DNA of 64,000 nucleotides, taken from assembly GCF_036365525.1 (NCBI RefSeq), contig NW_027141721.1, positions 248,001-312,000 on the forward strand. The letters run 5' to 3'. Both the position numbers and the translations under genes were made by a program. Source of the stretch: Heterodontus francisci. Taxonomy: Eukaryota. The notes under the pieces are model-generated. The model had not been told where the DNA came from, did not search any database, and saw only the letters and a program-made list of their open reading frames with translations. Positions 40,305-52,090 of the stretch are shown piece after piece (positions within the stretch are counted from its first letter, which is position 1; each line of letters begins with the position of its first letter).

Positions 40305-40990
40305 GTAGGAAGGCAGACAGGCAGACATTAGATCGACAGATAGACAGGCAGATAGATAGCTAGGAAGGTAGAAAGGCAGATGGCAGATAGATAGACAGAC
40401 AGATAGATCGATAGACANNNNNNNNNNNNNNNNNNNNNNNNNNNNNNNNNNNNNNNNNNNNNNNNNNNNNNNNNNNNNNNNNNNNNNNNNNNNNNNNNNN
40501 NNNNNNNNNNNNNNNNNNNNNNNNNNNNNNNNNNNNNNNNNNNNNNNNNNNNNNNNNNNNNNNNNGACATTAGATAGATAGATATACAGACAGATAAATA
40601 NNNNNNNNNNNNNNNNNNNNNNNNNNNNNNNNNNNNNNNNNNNNNNNNNNNNNNNNNNNNNNNNNNNNNNNNNNNNNNNNNNNNNNNNNNNNNNNNNNNN
40701 NNNNNNNNNNNNNNNNNNNNNNNNNNNNNNNNNNNNNNNNNNNNNNNNNNNNNNNAGGCAAATGGTCAAATAGATAGATAGACAGACAGATATGCAAATA
40801 GGTAAATATGAAGACAGACAGACAAAAAGATAGGTAGGTAGACAGACAGACGGATTCATACAGATAGAGAGACAAACTGACACAGATAGAGAGACAGACA
40901 CACAGCCATGCAGATAGATAGATAGAGAGAAAGATAGACAGATAGCTACAGTGATAGATAGATAGATAGCTATATAGATAGACAGACAGG
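39990..40990. repeat. (GATA)n/(GACA)n microsatellite with gaps
   Basis: Directly visible. Confidence 0.93.
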
Positions 40991-41129
40991 CATATCTTTT
41001 TCTCCCTCTCTCCATCTATCTCTATCAAAGACTCTCTTTTTCTCTAACTGTTTTTCTCCATATCATCCTCTGTGACTCTGTCTCTCTCTCATTCCTTGGC
41101 ACTTTCACATACACTCTATCACTCCAATA

Positions 41130-42725
41130 GTCTCATAGAAGGTATAAGGCACAGAAAGAGGCCACTTGGCCCATCACATCAGTGCCGGCCGAAAAACGAT
41201 CCACCTATTCTAATCACACCTTCCAGCATTTGGTCCGTAGCCCTGCAGATTGCAGCACTTGAGGTGCAAATCCAGACTCCTTTTGAATGAGTTGAGGGTC
41301 TCTGCCTCAACTACCCTTTCAGGCAGTGAGTTCCAGACCATCACCACCCTCTGGGTGAAAAATGATTTTCCTTATCTCCCCTCTAATTCTTCTACCAATC
41401 ACTTTAAATCTATGGTCCCTCTTCACTGACCTCTCTGCCAAGGTGAATAGACCCTTCACATCCACTCTATCCAGGCCCCTTCAATATTTTGTACATTTCA
41501 ATCAGATCTCCCCGCAGCTTTCTCTGTTCCAAGGAGAACAACCCCGGCCTATCCAATCTTTCCTCATAGCTGCATTTTCAGTTCGGGAAACATGCTTGTT
41601 AATCTCCTTTGTAACCTCTCTAGTGCAATTACATTCTTTCTGTAATGAGGTGACCAGAACTTCACACATACTCAAGTTGTGGCCTAACCAATGAGTTATG
41701 CAGTTCCAGCATCACCTCCCCGCTCTTGTATTCTATACCTCAGCTAATGAAGGAAAGGATTCCATATGCCTTCTTAACCACCTTATCGACCTGTCCTGTT
41801 ACCTTCAGGGATCTGTAGACATTCACTGCAAGGTCCCTCACTTCCTCTGCACTTCTCAGTATTTTCCCATTTATCGTGTATTCCTTTGCCTTGTTTGACC
41901 TCCCCAAATGCATCACCTCACACCTCTCCAAGTTGGATTCCATTTGCCACTGTTCTGCCCATCTGACAAGACCATCAATATCTTCCTGCAGCCTACAGCT
42001 ATCCACCTCGCGATGTACCACAGGTCTAATCCTTGTGTTATCTACATACATTTGGATTATGCCCCCCTACATTTACATCCAAATCGTTAATAAATACCAC
42101 AAAAAGCAGGGAACCCAGTACTGAGCCCTGTGCAACGCCGCTGCAAACAGCCCTGCAGTCGCTAAAACACCCATCAACAATTACCCTTTGTTTCCTGGCA
42201 CTGAGCCAATTTTGTATCCACCTTGCTGCATTTCCCTGGATCCCTTGGGATTTTGTTTTTTCTTTTGAACCAGTCTGCCATGTGCAGCCTTTTCAAAAGC
42301 CTTGCTAAAATCCAGGTAGACCACGTCAACTGCACTACCCTCATCTATCTTCCTTGTTACTTCTTCAAAAAATTCGATCAAATTGATCAAACAAGAACGT
42401 CCCTTAACAAATCTATGCTGACTATCCTGGATTAATCTGTGCCTTTCTAAGTGACAGTTTATTCTGTCTCCCAGAATAGATTGCAATAATTTGCTCATTA
42501 CTGAGGTCAGACTGACTGGACTGTAAGTAGTCAGTCTATCCTTCCCTCCCTTTTTAAACGGAGGCACAACATTAACAATTCTCCAATCCTCCGGCACCAC
42601 ACCTGCAAAAAGATGGTCAGACCCTCTGCTATTTCTTCTCTTGCTTCTTTTTGCAGCCTAAGATTCATTTCATCTGGCCCTGGTGATTTATCAACTTTCA
42701 AGGATGCTAATCTCATTAATGTTTC
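41130..42725 (-). mobile_element. CR1 LINE fragment (duplicate of 5335-6925)
   Basis: RT peptides ..GRSCLINLIEFFEEVT..VDVVYLDFSKAF. Confidence 0.9.
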
Positions 42726-42791
42726 CTCCCTCAGCTTCGCTCCCTTAAATCCAGAGCAACCAGCAGAAAGTGTCTTAGATCCGCCGCAAAC

Positions 42792-42838
42792 ATGCCATTC
42801 AATTTCATCGACGTTTGCTATTTTCCTTCTGTCGCTGA
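42792..42838 (+). pseudogene. Orphan frameshifted V leader (duplicate of 6996-7042)
   Basis: Near-identical to 6996-7042. Confidence 0.75.
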
Positions 42839-43860
42839 GTATGTTTGAATTCTGTCACACTCACTGTTTTACATTTGATCAACTGATTAATGATCTCAAC
42901 AAGACTGTGCGGCGGTGACTTGTGAAATCAGCAATCAATTATTGAATATAAGATAGTGAACTCATTAATCTGTTCCCCCTTCTTTGGCAACAAAAGTGTT
43001 ACGAATATACTGTTTACCATGTAACATCTACACCCACTTCTACCCATGTAGATTCCACTATTCTGCTTTACATCTGCACAGATACTGGGTGGAAATTAGG
43101 ACAAAGACTGCATTTGTATCATTAATTCTGTGGGTAATAATCCTCGGCAGGAGAGGATGAAACACTGAGAAGGAGGATGAATTTCAGGAAGTGACTTGAA
43201 GAAGACCACAGCATGGGTTTCACTGGGAAAGTAACAAACACAGCTTATTGCAGTTGCACCATGCTGCCACTGGTCGGCGCAGTGGCTCCACTATATTTCG
43301 CGCCACCACAGGCTTTGGCGCCGCTTATCAATGAGTCAATTCCTCTGCTTCTGCAATCTTTTCACTTTAAAGGCTAAACGCAGTTAGATTGCCACTTTAC
43401 AGTGATGTTATATGAGCCGCCTCCGCTGCCATCGAACTATCCACCTTCTCTTCCTCCACTACTGATTTTAATTTGCAAAAGGATGTTGATAATCCCCTGA
43501 CATGCACAGTTACCTCTGGAGACCCAAAGCAGCTATCGTTGCAACGCCCCTTGTTTTTTTCACCTACCCTCTCCAACACCTCGCTACTTTCAGAGTTCCC
43601 CTCGCCTCGGCATGACAGCAAGCTCACAAAGGGAAGAGAGTGAAGATATTTGCAGCAGAGTAGAAAGTGGGGTGGAAGGAGGGAAATGGAGACAAGAAAC
43701 AAGTGGAAAGGGGCGTAAGGAAGCAAACAAAAGAATGGGGAACAACTTGAAAATTAGGGGCGGGACCCTCTTAATGACGTTCTGCACCAGGTGAACTACA
43801 ACTGCCTCTCACCATTAAACCAGAGTAACCAGCAGAAAGTGTCTCAGATCCGCACCAAAC

Positions 43861-43906
43861 ATGCCATTCAATTTCATCATTTTTGCTATTTCCCTTCTGG
43901 CGCTGA
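43861..43906 (+). other. Intact orphan V leader exon MPFNFIIFAISLLAL/A with GT donor, lacking its own V exon
   Basis: Homolog of the V16 leader; intron homology ends near 44170. Confidence 0.8.
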
Positions 43907-44792
43907 GTAGGTTAAAATTCTGTTCCAATCACTCTTCTACATTTGATCAACTGATTAATGATCTCAATAAAACAGTGAAATCAGCAATCAATCATTTAAT
44001 ATAAGATAGTGAAGTCTTTAAACTGTTCCCTGGTTTGGGAAGCCAAGTGTTACTAATACGATGTTAACACTTTAATAATTCCACCCACTTGCAAGCATGT
44101 AGATTCCATTATTTAATTTTACAGTTGTATAGTTCCAGGTTCTTGTAGGAAATTAGGACAAAGATCGATTTTCTGAATTTCCTAAAACAAAAACCCTCAC
44201 AACAGGCTGGGCTCAGGCTGGGGGGAATGTGACAGGGGGAAGCAGAGAGACACACTTAGAATACTATAAGATGGTGGAACTGATTGATAGGGTAGATTTA
44301 CAGAGGATGTTTCCACAAAGTCAATCCCATCACATACCGATTCGATACAGAGTTAAGCCTATCACGCATTGGTTAGGTACAGAGGCAAACCCATCACCTA
44401 GCAATAAGGTGCAGAGTAAAATCTCCCATTCACTGGTTAGATCGGGATGTCAGACAAACAGTGTAACTCCCCTTACCTCACTCCCTCACATCACTGCTAT
44501 CTCAGAGGGATCCTCTGAGTTGCAGCAGTGTTAAAGTAACTCCAGTCCCCGCCATCAATGGGAGGACACAGCCCGGCCGATTACTCAGGTCCTGGTTTAA
44601 CCCCGCCCCAGAAAAGTACAGTCCCCTCGTGGGAGACAATGAACAAGTACAAAGAGATTTGCTCCTCCCATACGACCATTTAACAGTGGGGAGGAGGGGA
44701 CAGTAAATCCCACTCAGAACCTTGAGATATTCTGCAATAAAACAGCTCAGTGATTTCACATAATGAACACATGGATCTGTCTCCCTCCAGAG

Positions 44793-45186
44793 ATGACTGT
44801 GTCTCACCTCTGGGTTGTGTTGCTGGTGTTAAGGGGTAAGGTGGAACTGAACTGGGAGATGACAGTGATCCTCACTGATCCTTCCCCGAATGTCCCCTTT
44901 GGGGTTTAACCCCCTCCGAGGTTTATTAACACCGTTTGGCTGTGCAGATTCTCTCTGCATCGGTTTATATATCACTCGGTCTATCTCTCTCTTTTTCTTC
45001 CTATCTTTTTCACACTTTCTCTCTCCCTATCCTCTTTTTTCTTTCTTTTTCTAGTCTGACTCTCCTTTTGTCCGTTTCTCATTCTCCCTGTCCCTGTCTG
45101 CTTTCCTCTCTCTCTCTCTTTCTCTCACTCTTTCCCTTTCTGTGTTCTATGGATTACCCTTGGTTTTACCTTTAACTTTCTGTCAT

Positions 45187-45229
<43 letters not shown>

Positions 45230-45699
45230 GCATGTCTCATTTTCTCTCACTCACTCTTTCTCCCTCTCTATTTTTCTGTCTTTATAACACGAATCTCTCA
45301 CTCTCTGTCTCTCTCTCACACACACTCCCACCTCTCCATTCATTTACCCCTTCATGGTGTATCATTCTTAACACCTCTCTGCTCACTTTGTGTTTTACAG
45401 ATTATGGAGCCGTGCTGATCCAACAGATTCCCCCTTCCATATCCCATTCCCCGGGATCTCCAGTCAGCATCGAGTGCATTTGCACTGAAGCAGCAGCTAA
45501 CTCGTATTTCTACTGGTACCGATGGCACCCTGACAGTGAGCCTCAGGACCTTTTCTATTCTAACTACATCGACATGGTCACCCCCTCCGGTGAGGTGGAC
45601 GGTTTCACCGCCAGGAGACCTGACAGCACTCACTTTTACCTGGAGTCCTCCGGCCTGTGGGAGAATCACTCAGCCGTGTATTACTGTGCCTGGAGTTTA
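44793..45699 (+). CDS. TRBV: TCR beta V segment V15 (leader 44793-44835, V exon 45401-45699), family A
   Basis: Leader MTVSHLWVVLLVLR; ..ENHSAVYYCAWSL; RSS CACAGTG 45700-45706, ACAAAAACC 45730-45738. Confidence 0.93.
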
Positions 45700-46525
45700 C
45701 ACAGTGACTCAGAGAAATACAGCAGTTCAACAAAAACCCCAATGGAGACAGGAATTAACTGTGGCAGAGTGATCTGTCTCTCTGTCTGCCTGTGAGTCTG
45801 TCTGTCTCCTTGTATGTCTCTTTATCAATCTGTCTATCTAAACACACAACTGTCTGTCTGCATCTGTACATACATTTCACTCATCCACCTGTCTGCAACC
45901 TGACTATCGATCTATCATCCACTAACCTACCTGCCTCTATTCTTTACTTCATGACGTTAAATAAATGACATACCATTCACATCGATTAGTCGACCTACTC
46001 TCTGTAAATGTAGAAGAGTTCAACTCATTTTGAGTTATCAATAATGCCATGTCAATGATTGTCTCGCCTCTCTCTTCACTGTTGCTTCTATATATTAACA
46101 AGTACATGAGGAGAGGGGTGAAAAGGGGGTTTAAAGGGCAGAGCTGAAAGGGTGGAAGGAGGAGTGTGGGGAGCCGTTATGCTGTCTGAGGGAAAGGATT
46201 GGGACAATTCTCCTTCTCCAACACCTCGCTACCTTCAGAGATCACCTGGCTTCGGTGTGAAAGCAAGCTCACAAAGTGATAGGAATGAGGATATTTACAG
46301 TGGAGCAGAAAGTGACGAGGGGGGAGGCAAGTGGAGAGAATAAAGAGGGAAACGGTGGCATAAAGAAGCAAGCAAAAGAATGGGGGACAACTTAAAGGTA
46401 GGGGCGGGGATCATTGCCTTGAGATAACTTCCTCTTATGACGATCCGCTCTGCCAACACCTCATCTCTCTCCCTCCCTTAAAACCCAGAGTAACCAGCAG
46501 AAAGTCTCTCAGATCCACCGCAAAC

Positions 46526-47259
46526 ATGCCTTTCAGTTTCATCCTCTTTGCTATTTCCCTTCTGGCGCTGAGTAGGTTAAAATTCTGTCCCAATCACTCT
46601 TCTACATTTGATCAACTGAAAGGGATGATTAATGATCTCAATAAAACTGAGCAGCGATTACTTGTTAAATCAGTAATCGATTATTTCATATCAGACAGTG
46701 AACTCATTCATCTGTCCCCCAGTTCGGGAAGACAAGTGCCATTAATATGATGTTAACTCTTTAATGTTTGCACCCACTTGCAAGCTTGTGGATTCCACAA
46801 TTCTATTTTACAGTTGTAAAGATCCAGATGCTTGCAGGAAATTAGGACACAGACCGAATTTCTGTCGTTAATTCGGTGCAACACCGACGTCCATCGTCGC
46901 AATTGTAACTCCATCGATACCAGTTCATTCCCTCTAATTTCTCTTTCTAGGTGTTTGCCGGGGTGATGTGATACATCAATGGCCTCAGTCACTGGCTGTT
47001 AAACAACCAGGACCCGTGGAAATGAACTGTCTGCAGGAAGGAGCAGTTCGCAACAACATGTACTGGTATCGTCAGTCCCCCGGCAGAGGATTCCTGTTAA
47101 TCGGGTTTACATTAGCAGCAGGTGAACCTCAATATGAAAATGGATTTAAGAGCGGATTTGCAATCACGAGGACTCTGGAAAATAAGAAATCCACTCTGAC
47201 GATCGAGAGTGTGAACGCCACGGACGAGGCGGTGTATTTCTGTGCAGCTGCTGATGGGA
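46526..47259 (+). CDS. TRBV: TCR beta V segment V16 (leader 46526-46571, V exon 46951-47259), paralog of V3
   Basis: VCRGDVIHQWP..YFCAAADG; RSS CACAGCG 47260-47266, ACAAAAACC 47290-47298. Confidence 0.94.
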
Positions 47260-48769
47260 CACAGCGGTTCAGAGTCATTGGCCGCCTTGACAAAAACCCT
47301 CACATGTCTCCCTTCAAACAGATGCATTTAACCCAGCATTCGGTGAAGAGCAGCCCTGGCTGATCGGATGCGGATCTGCATCTGTTCAGTGCCCGTCCGA
47401 GTCGCAGAAAGCCCATGTTCTAACTCACCGCAACCTCCAGACAGACAACACACACTGTCTGTGACCACACCTGTATAATGGTTCATCGAACGGCTCTTCA
47501 ACCCGTACCTCGGTTACACCACACCTGGAGCTCTGTGCATAATTCTTAACTCTACAGGCTTTGTTTAGACGACACCTGAAGTGCTGAGGACAATGCTGAG
47601 GGTGACCTGTTAGATGTGATTAAGATTCTGAAGCAATATAATAGGGTAGAGGTAGAGAAGATGTCTGCACTTGTAGGGAAGGTCATGAATACATCATACT
47701 CACTAATAACTCCAAGAAATGACTTTACACAGAGTGGTGAGAATGTGGAATTCACTAGCACACAGAAATAAATGATGTGTATAACCAGATATATGTAAAT
47801 GGATGCTGGATAAAAACATTAGGGAGCAGGAAATAGCACCTCATACTGATAGGGCTGGATGAAGACATTGTTTATGTTCTTTCATCGGATGTGGGAATAA
47901 AATGTGAGAATAAGCTAACCAGCAATATAAACACAGATGGTAGGAGCCTTTACATAAAAAGTAAGAGAGTAGCTGAAGTTGACGTTGGTCCCTTAGAGGT
48001 AAAGACAGGAATAATTATCATGGGGAATGGGGAAATGGCAGTGGCATTGAACTAATATTTTGTGCCTGTCTTCACAGTAGAAGACACAAGTTCCATCCCA
48101 GAAATAGACAGTAATGTGGGGGCTAAGAAGAGTGAGGAAATTAAGGATATTCATATCAATTGAGAAAAAGTCTTGGAGAAACTTCAGGGCTTAAAATCTG
48201 ACAAGTCCCCTGGAACAGATGGATTTCATACTTGAGTTCGAAAAGAGATAGCTGCAGAGAGAGTGGAGGCGCTGGCTATGATTTTCCAGAATTCCTTAGA
48301 TTCAGAATTTAAATTCTGCCATCTGACCTGGTGGGATTCGAACGCATGTCCCCTGGAGAATCCGCCTCCCCCCACCCCCTCCATTACCACCCCCCCCGCC
48401 CCCCCCCCCCGGCCTCTGGATTTCTAGCTCGGTGACATCACAACTACACTGCCATCTGCCCCAGACTAGTCTGAAACATGGGCCCATCGGGCCGAATAGC
48501 CTGAATCTGTGCTGTAAATTCTATCTAATACGATGTCACCAGCGTCACCAGCTGAAGCAATGGATAAAAATGAGGAAGATGGAGCAATTGCAAAGCATGT
48601 CTTCATAATGCCTATTTTATCAATTGCAATGTGCAAATCGCAGGTGCCTGTAGTTACACGTTACAGCCAGGAGGTGGGGATGGAGCTCCACCGCAGCCTG
48701 AGTCCCACTTGCTTCTGAAAAGCCTGAGCAAGCAATGCAGCAGTGAATTGACCCATCTACCGAATAGTG

Positions 48770-49740
48770 CCGGCCATCAAGCACCTAAATATTCTCGTCC
48801 CATTTTCCAGCATTTGGCCCGTAGTCTTGTATGCTATGGCGTTTCAAGTGCTCATCTAAATATTTCTTAAATGTTGTGATGCTTCCTGCCTCTACCACCT
48901 CTTTTAGCAGAGCGTTCCAGATTCCAACCACCCTCTGGTTGACACATTTTTTCCTCACATCCACTCTAAACCTCCTGCCTCTTACCTTAAATCTATGCCC
49001 TGGTTATTGCCCCTCCTATAAAGGGAAAAAAATCTTCCTATCTGACCTATCAGTACACCTCACAATTTTGTATACCTCAATCAGGTCCCCCCTCAGCCTC
49101 CTCTGCTGGGTATAAAACAACCCTAGCCTTTTCAGTCTCTCATCATAGCTGAAATGTTCCATCCCATGCAACATCCTGTTGAATCTCCTCTAGACCCTCT
49201 CCAGTGCAATCACATCTTTCCTATAGTGTGGTGCCCAGAACTGGACATCCATATCGTCCTGAAATCTAAGGCTTCCCTCTTCACTATTTACAACGTCAAC
49301 AATTTTCATGTTGTCTGCGAACTTATATTTAATACCTGCTATATTCACATCAAAATCATTAATTTGCACCAGAAACAGCAAGGGCCCAGCACAGATCCCT
49401 GTGGTACACCATTGGTCACAGATTATTAGATTAGATTTGATTAGAGTTACATCACCGAAACAGGCCCTTCGGCCCACCGAGTCTGCGCCGACCATCAACC
49501 ACCCAGGCTCCCACTCGCAAAAACAACCCTCGACCTTTACCCTCTGCCTCCTGCCAATAAGCCAATTTTGAATCCAATTTACCAAATTGCCCTGGATCCC
49601 ATGTGCTCTTAGCTTCTTAACCAATCTCTCTTGTGGGGCTTTATCAAAAGCCTTACTGAATTCCATGTAGACGACATCAACTACTTCCCCCTCATCTACA
49701 CATCAAGTCACCTCCTCGAAAAATACAATCAAGTTGGTAT
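48770..49740 (-). mobile_element. CR1 LINE fragments, internally deleted, with a nested SINE/LINE tail near 49425-49500
   Basis: Peptides FSKAFDKAP..WIQNWL, KFADNMKI, FWAPHYRKDVIALERV. Confidence 0.8.
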
Positions 49741-50015
49741 ATATGTCAATCATTTCAATCTTTATGAACATCCCCAAACCCTGCAATAGATGGGACTTTG
49801 CAAGTCAATCTTGTGTCATTCTAATTCCTACACCCACACAGGTGAAAGAACCACCTTCTTTGTTGGATACACAAGGGAAGTTCTATTGGTTGACATTGCA
49901 ATGAAGTCACTTCCACACTGCATCACAAAAGCAGGCTGTGCACCAATAGGACTGCAGTGTGTGTGAGAGCTGGACCAAGCTGGAAGGTTGAAAGAAGGGT
50001 TCACATTCCTGCATC

Positions 50016-50676
50016 ATGCTGTGCACTGTTTACCTCCATCTACTGTTTCTGCTGCTCCCAGGTTACTGCTTCTACTTGGAGGGAAATTCAGGCCCCAGTT
50101 AATCAGCTTTGAGACACAATTCCTGTTGATATCGAAGGGCTCCAATCAGTTAGAGATTTACTGGTTTGGTTTTGCTGTTGAGGACAAGTGTCGTTATTTA
50201 GCGCCGCTGCAGTTGTGCTCAGCGATTCTGGGTATTAGCACATGACCCTGTGCTGGGGCGTCAGCGGGCTGATCGACTGTAGTGTGCATTGGGAGGTTTA
50301 CCATTAAAGCTCTGTCTCTCTCCTCATTGTGTCTGTTCTCTTTGACCCGATCTGTTTCTCATGTTCCTCCACAGCCCGGTCCAGGAGCGCTGTCGTTACC
50401 CAGTGGGGGGACCGGCTGACGGTCGCAGAGGGGAAAACGGCGGAAATGCACTGTTTCCAGAATGACACCGACTATACCTACATGTACTGGTATCGCCAGC
50501 ACAGCGGAGCAGGGTTGCAGCTCATAGTGACCTCGGTTGGTACCTCTGATTCAACGCCTGAAGACGGTTTCAAGGAGAGATTTAAAGCCACCAGACCTGA
50601 TCTTAAAACCTGCAGCCTGAAAATACTGAGGGTGGATCAGACTGACAGGGCGGTGTATTACTGTGCTGCTAGTGAT
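50016..50676 (+). CDS. TRBV: TCR beta V segment V17, most D-proximal (leader 50016-50061, V exon 50375-50676)
   Basis: Leader MLCTVYLHLLFLLLP; AVVTQ..MHCFQ..YMYWYRQ..DRAVYYCAASD; RSS CACAGTG 50677-50683, TCAAAAACA 50707-50715. Confidence 0.93.
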
Positions 50677-51429
50677 CACAGTGATTCAAACAGGAGCAGG
50701 GCTGCGTCAAAAACATACCACCCTCTTATACTGTGAGTGTTAGAGAGGAAAACTCAAGGAAGCAGAGCTCATAAAGACAGCTGTTCATTGATGAAACTTT
50801 GCAGAGTTTTCCAACAACTTTCAGAGTGTAGAAATAATCCAATAGTTTCTCAGTGCTCCCAGAGAGACAGCTCAAAATCCAGTTCCACACTTCAGTACTT
50901 TCCAAAGCGGATGAAATAATCTGCAAAGAATTGGACAATCATACAGGACAGAGGAGGCAATTCGGCCCATCGTTCCTGTGCCATCACTTCGGAAGATCTA
51001 CTTATTTCATCCCACTCTCCTGCTCTTTCCTCAATGGGCGGCAGATATTTCCTGTTCAAATATATTTCCCAATCTCCTTTCTAATTTACTGCTGAATTTG
51101 CTTCCTCCATCCTTTCAGGCATCGCATTCCTGATCAAAATAACTCAACAAGTTAAAAGAAAAATCTCTTCAGCTGTGCTGGTATTGTCTGTGTGAGTCTG
51201 CATCTCTATCTTTCAGCTTGCAAGCAGCTCTTAAAGTGATAAATAGATGGCTTGGTTCTGCTGAAAGACAGAACTATCAAAGTTCCGATGGATAGATACA
51301 TGTTATTGTCTTAGAATATCACCCTGTACCGTTTAAACTGACCATTGTTGTGTTTATCACAAATTTTACCCAATTTTGATCATCTGGTTAGCAATCAAGT
51401 TACTGCCACTTATCATCGACATTCCTCAT

Positions 51430-52090
51430 CACAGAATCAGAGAATTGGTACAGTACAGGAGGCCATTCGGCCCATCGTGTCAGAACTGGCCCTCCGAATG
51501 AGCAATTCACTTAGTCCCATTCCCCCGCCTTCTTCCCGTAACCCTGCACATTCTTCCTTTTTCATAAGTCCCTTTTGAATGCCCCGATTGAACGTGCCCT
51601 CATCATACTCTCTGGGCCTGCACTCCAGACATTGACCACTCGCTGTGTGAATCAATTTTTTCCTCATGTCACTTTTACTTCTTTTTCCAATTAGTTTAAA
51701 TCTGTGCCCTCTCATTCTCCATCCTTTCACGATTGGGAGCAGTTTCTCTCTATCTGTTCTGTCCCGAAACCTCATGATTTTGAATCCCCCTATCAAATCA
51801 CCTCTCAGCCTTCTCTCCTCCAAGGCAAGTAATCCCAACTTCTCCAATCTATCATCATAACTGAGTTCCCTCACCCGTGGAGCCATTCTCCTGAATCTTT
51901 CCCTCACTCTCTCCAATTCTTTCATTTCTTTCCTCAAGTGCGGCTCCCAGAACTGGACACAATACTCCAGCTGAGGTCGAACTAGTGTCTTATACAAGTT
52001 CAACTTATTTCCTTGCTCTTGTACTCTATGCCCCTTTTAATAAAGCCCAGGATACTGTATGCTTTATTAACTGCTCTCTCAACCTGTCCA
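51430..52090 (-). mobile_element. CR1 LINE 3' fragment
   Basis: ORF 51437-52003 LYKTLVRPQLEYCVQFW..LRGDLI. Confidence 0.9.
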
